A stretch of DNA of 18,989 bases, taken from Gemmatimonadales bacterium (lineage in GTDB: Bacteria; Gemmatimonadota; Gemmatimonadetes; Gemmatimonadales; GWC2-71-9). Location: positions 1 to 18,989 of the forward strand of contig JBFGJG010000066.1 in the NCBI GenBank assembly GCA_041577295.1, in the 5' to 3' direction. The notes below the pieces were generated by a model. That model saw nothing but the letters and a program-made list of their open reading frames with translations. It was not told where the DNA came from and did no database searches. This document shows positions 16,717 through 18,989 of the stretch, piece after piece (positions within the stretch are counted from its first letter, which is position 1; every line of letters begins with the position of its first letter). Both the position numbers and the translations under genes were made by a program.

Positions 16717-17535
16717 TTGTGGCTCGTAAGTGGCGCGGTGCTCGGAGCCGTGGGGACGATCGCCCTCGTCGCCCTCTCGAGGAAACGGAAACCCCGTCTT
16801 ATTGCTGAACGCTCCGAAGCGCCCTCCAACGGAGCAGTTGTACCCGCCACCCAGTCGACCGAAGAGCCGCCACGCGAGCTGCTGGCGGCGTGGATTGAGT
16901 TTCTCAAGGACGATCTCGCGCGTGCCGTCAACGCACTCAACAATCGTCTCAATGTCATCGCGCAGCTCGGTGACAGCTTTACCGGTCCCGGGTTTACCAA
17001 GCAGCAGAACGAGCGCGCGACGCAGATTCGGCGGGAGGTACGGCGCGCTGCCAAGATCACCCGCGGTTTGCTGCGCCGCGTGAGTGCGCTCGCGCCTGAC
17101 ACGCTTCCCGACGTGCTGGTCGGCGCGGAGGATGCCGCGCGCACGGCGTCGGCCCACCTCCTCGTGGTCGAGGACGATGCGGCGAACCGCACCGTGATCA
17201 GCAAGCTCTTCACCAAGCTGGGACATCGCGTGACGGCGGTGAGTGATGGCTTCGAAGCGTACGCGCTGCTCCAACGCGATCCCGTGGACTGCATCATTTG
17301 TGACTTCCGGATGCCGAGTGTCAGCGGTCGAACGCTGTTCGAACAGGTCGAAGAGCTCATGCCACAATTGGTACGTCGATTCGTCTTCGTGACCGGAGAT
17401 TTCACGAGGCCGTCCTCACGAAAGTTCTTGGACCGATTGGGCACGCCGGTCGTAGCGAAGCCGTACGCGGCAGAGGAGTTGGTCGCAGCGGTCGATGCCG
17501 TGCTTTCTCGAACCTCAGTGGCCCGCTCACAGTGA
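16717..17535 (+). CDS. Membrane-anchored response regulator: TM, degenerate HisKA/DHp-like helices and a receiver domain (true start possibly 16696)
   Basis: N-terminal TM followed by RKRK. The receiver motifs LLVVEDD, IICDFRMP, FVTG and KP are intact. The middle region VNALNNRL...IRREVRRAAKITRGLL resembles a DHp domain. Confidence 0.85.
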   Translation: MWLVSGAVLGAVGTIALVALSRKRKPRLIAERSEAPSNGAVVPATQSTEEPPRELLAAWIEFLKDDLARAVNALNNRLNVIAQLGDSFTGPGFTKQQNERATQIRREVRRAAKITRGLLRRVSALAPDTLPDVLVGAEDAARTASAHLLVVEDDAANRTVISKLFTKLGHRVTAVSDGFEAYALLQRDPVDCIICDFRMPSVSGRTLFEQVEELMPQLVRRFVFVTGDFTRPSSRKFLDRLGTPVVAKPYAAEELVAAVDAVLSRTSVARSQ

Positions 17536-18650
17536 AGCGCTCACCCTTCGTGTTTGGCGCGCTCGCTTTGACACTCCTGGCGTGTGGAGCGAGCGATACA
17601 CCGGTTGCGATTGGGATCGCCCTCCCCAGCGGATGGTACCGAGCCGTGTCGCTCGGGCTCGAGGAGGTCCCCGACGTGCCGCTCGAGTTGGTGCGCGACT
17701 CGAGTGTGGCGGTTGGACAGTCCCTCCCGGGGATGCGCTACGCCCAATGGCTCGCCAATCGCGGCGTCGTAGCGGTGATCGGCCACGATGCCAGCCGGCC
17801 GTCGGTGGAGGCGGCCACCGTTTACAACGCCCGGCGGATTGTCCAGATCGCGCCGATGGTCACGAGCCGCGTGCTCGAGCAGCAGGGTCCGTGGTCGTTC
17901 TCGCTCGCCCCCAGCGACTCGGTCGAAGCATCCTTCATAGCCTCCTACATCGACTCGCTGTTCCCAGCCAAGCGGGTGGCCATGCTGTATCACAATGACG
18001 AGTTTGGGATCGGCTTGCGCGATGCTCTCATAGAATCCCTACAGGCACGTAATATCCCCGTGGTCAACGAACGCTTCTTCCCCCCAACCACCGCGCCAAG
18101 TAGCGATCCAGATCAGATTTCGGTCATGGTGCGCGCGGCCCTCCTCGCGGAGCCAGATGTGTTTGTGCTCGCGATTCGGGAGGTGGATACCAAGATCGTC
18201 GCCAAGCTTCTCGATCATTTGGCCCCAGGCATCCCGATAGTGTGCAGTGACGCGTCTTGGGTTACCGCGCCGTCGCCGGATGACGATCGTTTTGGTGCGC
18301 TGGCAGGACTTCACGTGGTTCGGTTTTGGGGTGAGGATTGGGGCCCACCGGCTACCGAATTCTCACAACGGTTCGCGCAGCGGTTTGGTCAGCCACCCGA
18401 CCACGCTGAGGCGTTGAGCTACGAAGCGTTCATGCTCATCGCGGAGGCCATCCGCTCGGGTGCACGGAATGGTCACCAGATACGTCAATATCTTCAGCGG
18501 CTCGGCACCCGAGGCCGTGACGGACACCGCGAGAGCCTCGTCGTGGGCTTCCGCAACGCGCGGCCGTGGCCTCCTCGGCTCGACATCGGCGTCGTTCGTC
18601 ACGGTCGACTGCTCGCGCGGGACGCCACGAGCGAAAGCGCCGATCCATGA
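17532..18650 (+). CDS. LivJ-like (type 1 periplasmic, branched-chain amino acid family) substrate-binding lipoprotein
   Basis: Lipobox LLAC; VVAVIGH, GPWSFSLAPSD, KRVAMLYHNDEFG.GL and F..RFG..PD...ALSYEA motifs. GTGA overlaps the upstream stop. Confidence 0.85.
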   Translation: MKRSPFVFGALALTLLACGASDTPVAIGIALPSGWYRAVSLGLEEVPDVPLELVRDSSVAVGQSLPGMRYAQWLANRGVVAVIGHDASRPSVEAATVYNARRIVQIAPMVTSRVLEQQGPWSFSLAPSDSVEASFIASYIDSLFPAKRVAMLYHNDEFGIGLRDALIESLQARNIPVVNERFFPPTTAPSSDPDQISVMVRAALLAEPDVFVLAIREVDTKIVAKLLDHLAPGIPIVCSDASWVTAPSPDDDRFGALAGLHVVRFWGEDWGPPATEFSQRFAQRFGQPPDHAEALSYEAFMLIAEAIRSGARNGHQIRQYLQRLGTRGRDGHRESLVVGFRNARPWPPRLDIGVVRHGRLLARDATSESADP

Positions 18651-18989
18651 AGCTCGCTTCGAGGGTCCGTCTTCACGCCGTAGGCCTCGCACTACACCTC
18701 GGTCTGTTTGTAGCAATGGGTGTGCTGGTTGCGTGGCCCGCGCTCCGAAAAGTGGACCGTGCTCTCGCTCCGCTGCAGGGGATCTTCCTCGATATCGCCG
18801 ATCGTCAGACCCGGCTGGTCAACCAGCTGCGTGACCTCGAGTTGCATATCACTACCGTCCCCACTCCGGTCCACGACCACTTCATCCCGCCGCACCCAGG
18901 CGCTGAGCGCTCCCTCCTTGGGCGTTACGCGCAGGTGCTCGCCCCCCATGCGGTCACGGCCCTCTCGGACCTCGAAGAGACCTTTTCCC
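18647..18989 (+). CDS. Membrane protein N-terminus, 3' truncated; possibly a sensor kinase or other signalling protein
   Basis: Not in the ORF track because it has no stop in the window. ATGA overlaps the SBP stop and the frame is open to the end: MKLASRVRLHAVGLALHLGLFVAMGVLVAWPALRKVDRALAPLQGIFLDIADRQTRLVNQLRDLE..., one TM then an amphipathic helix. Confidence 0.7.
   Translation, partial: MKLASRVRLHAVGLALHLGLFVAMGVLVAWPALRKVDRALAPLQGIFLDIADRQTRLVNQLRDLELHITTVPTPVHDHFIPPHPGAERSLLGRYAQVLAPHAVTALSDLEETFS

Noticed and set aside
1..18989. CRISPR arrays, IS elements/integrases, tRNA/rRNA, prophage or defence genes
   Set aside because: I saw no spaced direct repeats, transposase or recombinase motifs, cloverleaf patterns or obvious compositional island.

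Overview
A GC-rich, densely coded bacterial chromosomal window with no mobile element, CRISPR array, rRNA or tRNA that I can recognise. The gene repertoire suggests a diderm such as Gemmatimonadota, but that is only a weak inference. In order, it contains: (1) the 3' part of a K+ channel gene with a C-terminal Cys4 zinc ribbon; (2) an M49/DPP III-like metallopeptidase lipoprotein; (3) a cobalamin riboswitch with a visible SD-sequestering expression platform, ahead of btuF-btuC-btuD and DUF4260; (4) a secreted M1 aminopeptidase; (5) a minus-strand run of glutamate-cysteine-ligase-family (GCS2)-CBS fusion, AstE/AspA-type zinc deacylase, MscS channel, udk and a small beta-rich lipoprotein; (6) DUF488; (7) a 7Fe-type ferredoxin divergent from a signal-less BtuF-like protein, a BrxA/B bacilliredoxin and a GDPD; (8) a coupled signalling cluster of a TM/degenerate-DHp/receiver protein, a LivJ-like lipoprotein and a truncated membrane protein. 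The best candidates for an undescribed system are the ligase-CBS/deacylase/MscS 'make-break-release' operon, the His-less pseudo-DHp-receiver sensing module, and the leaderless cytoplasmic Cys-rich BtuF-like/bacilliredoxin unit. Family calls rest on motif recognition only; no searches were run.
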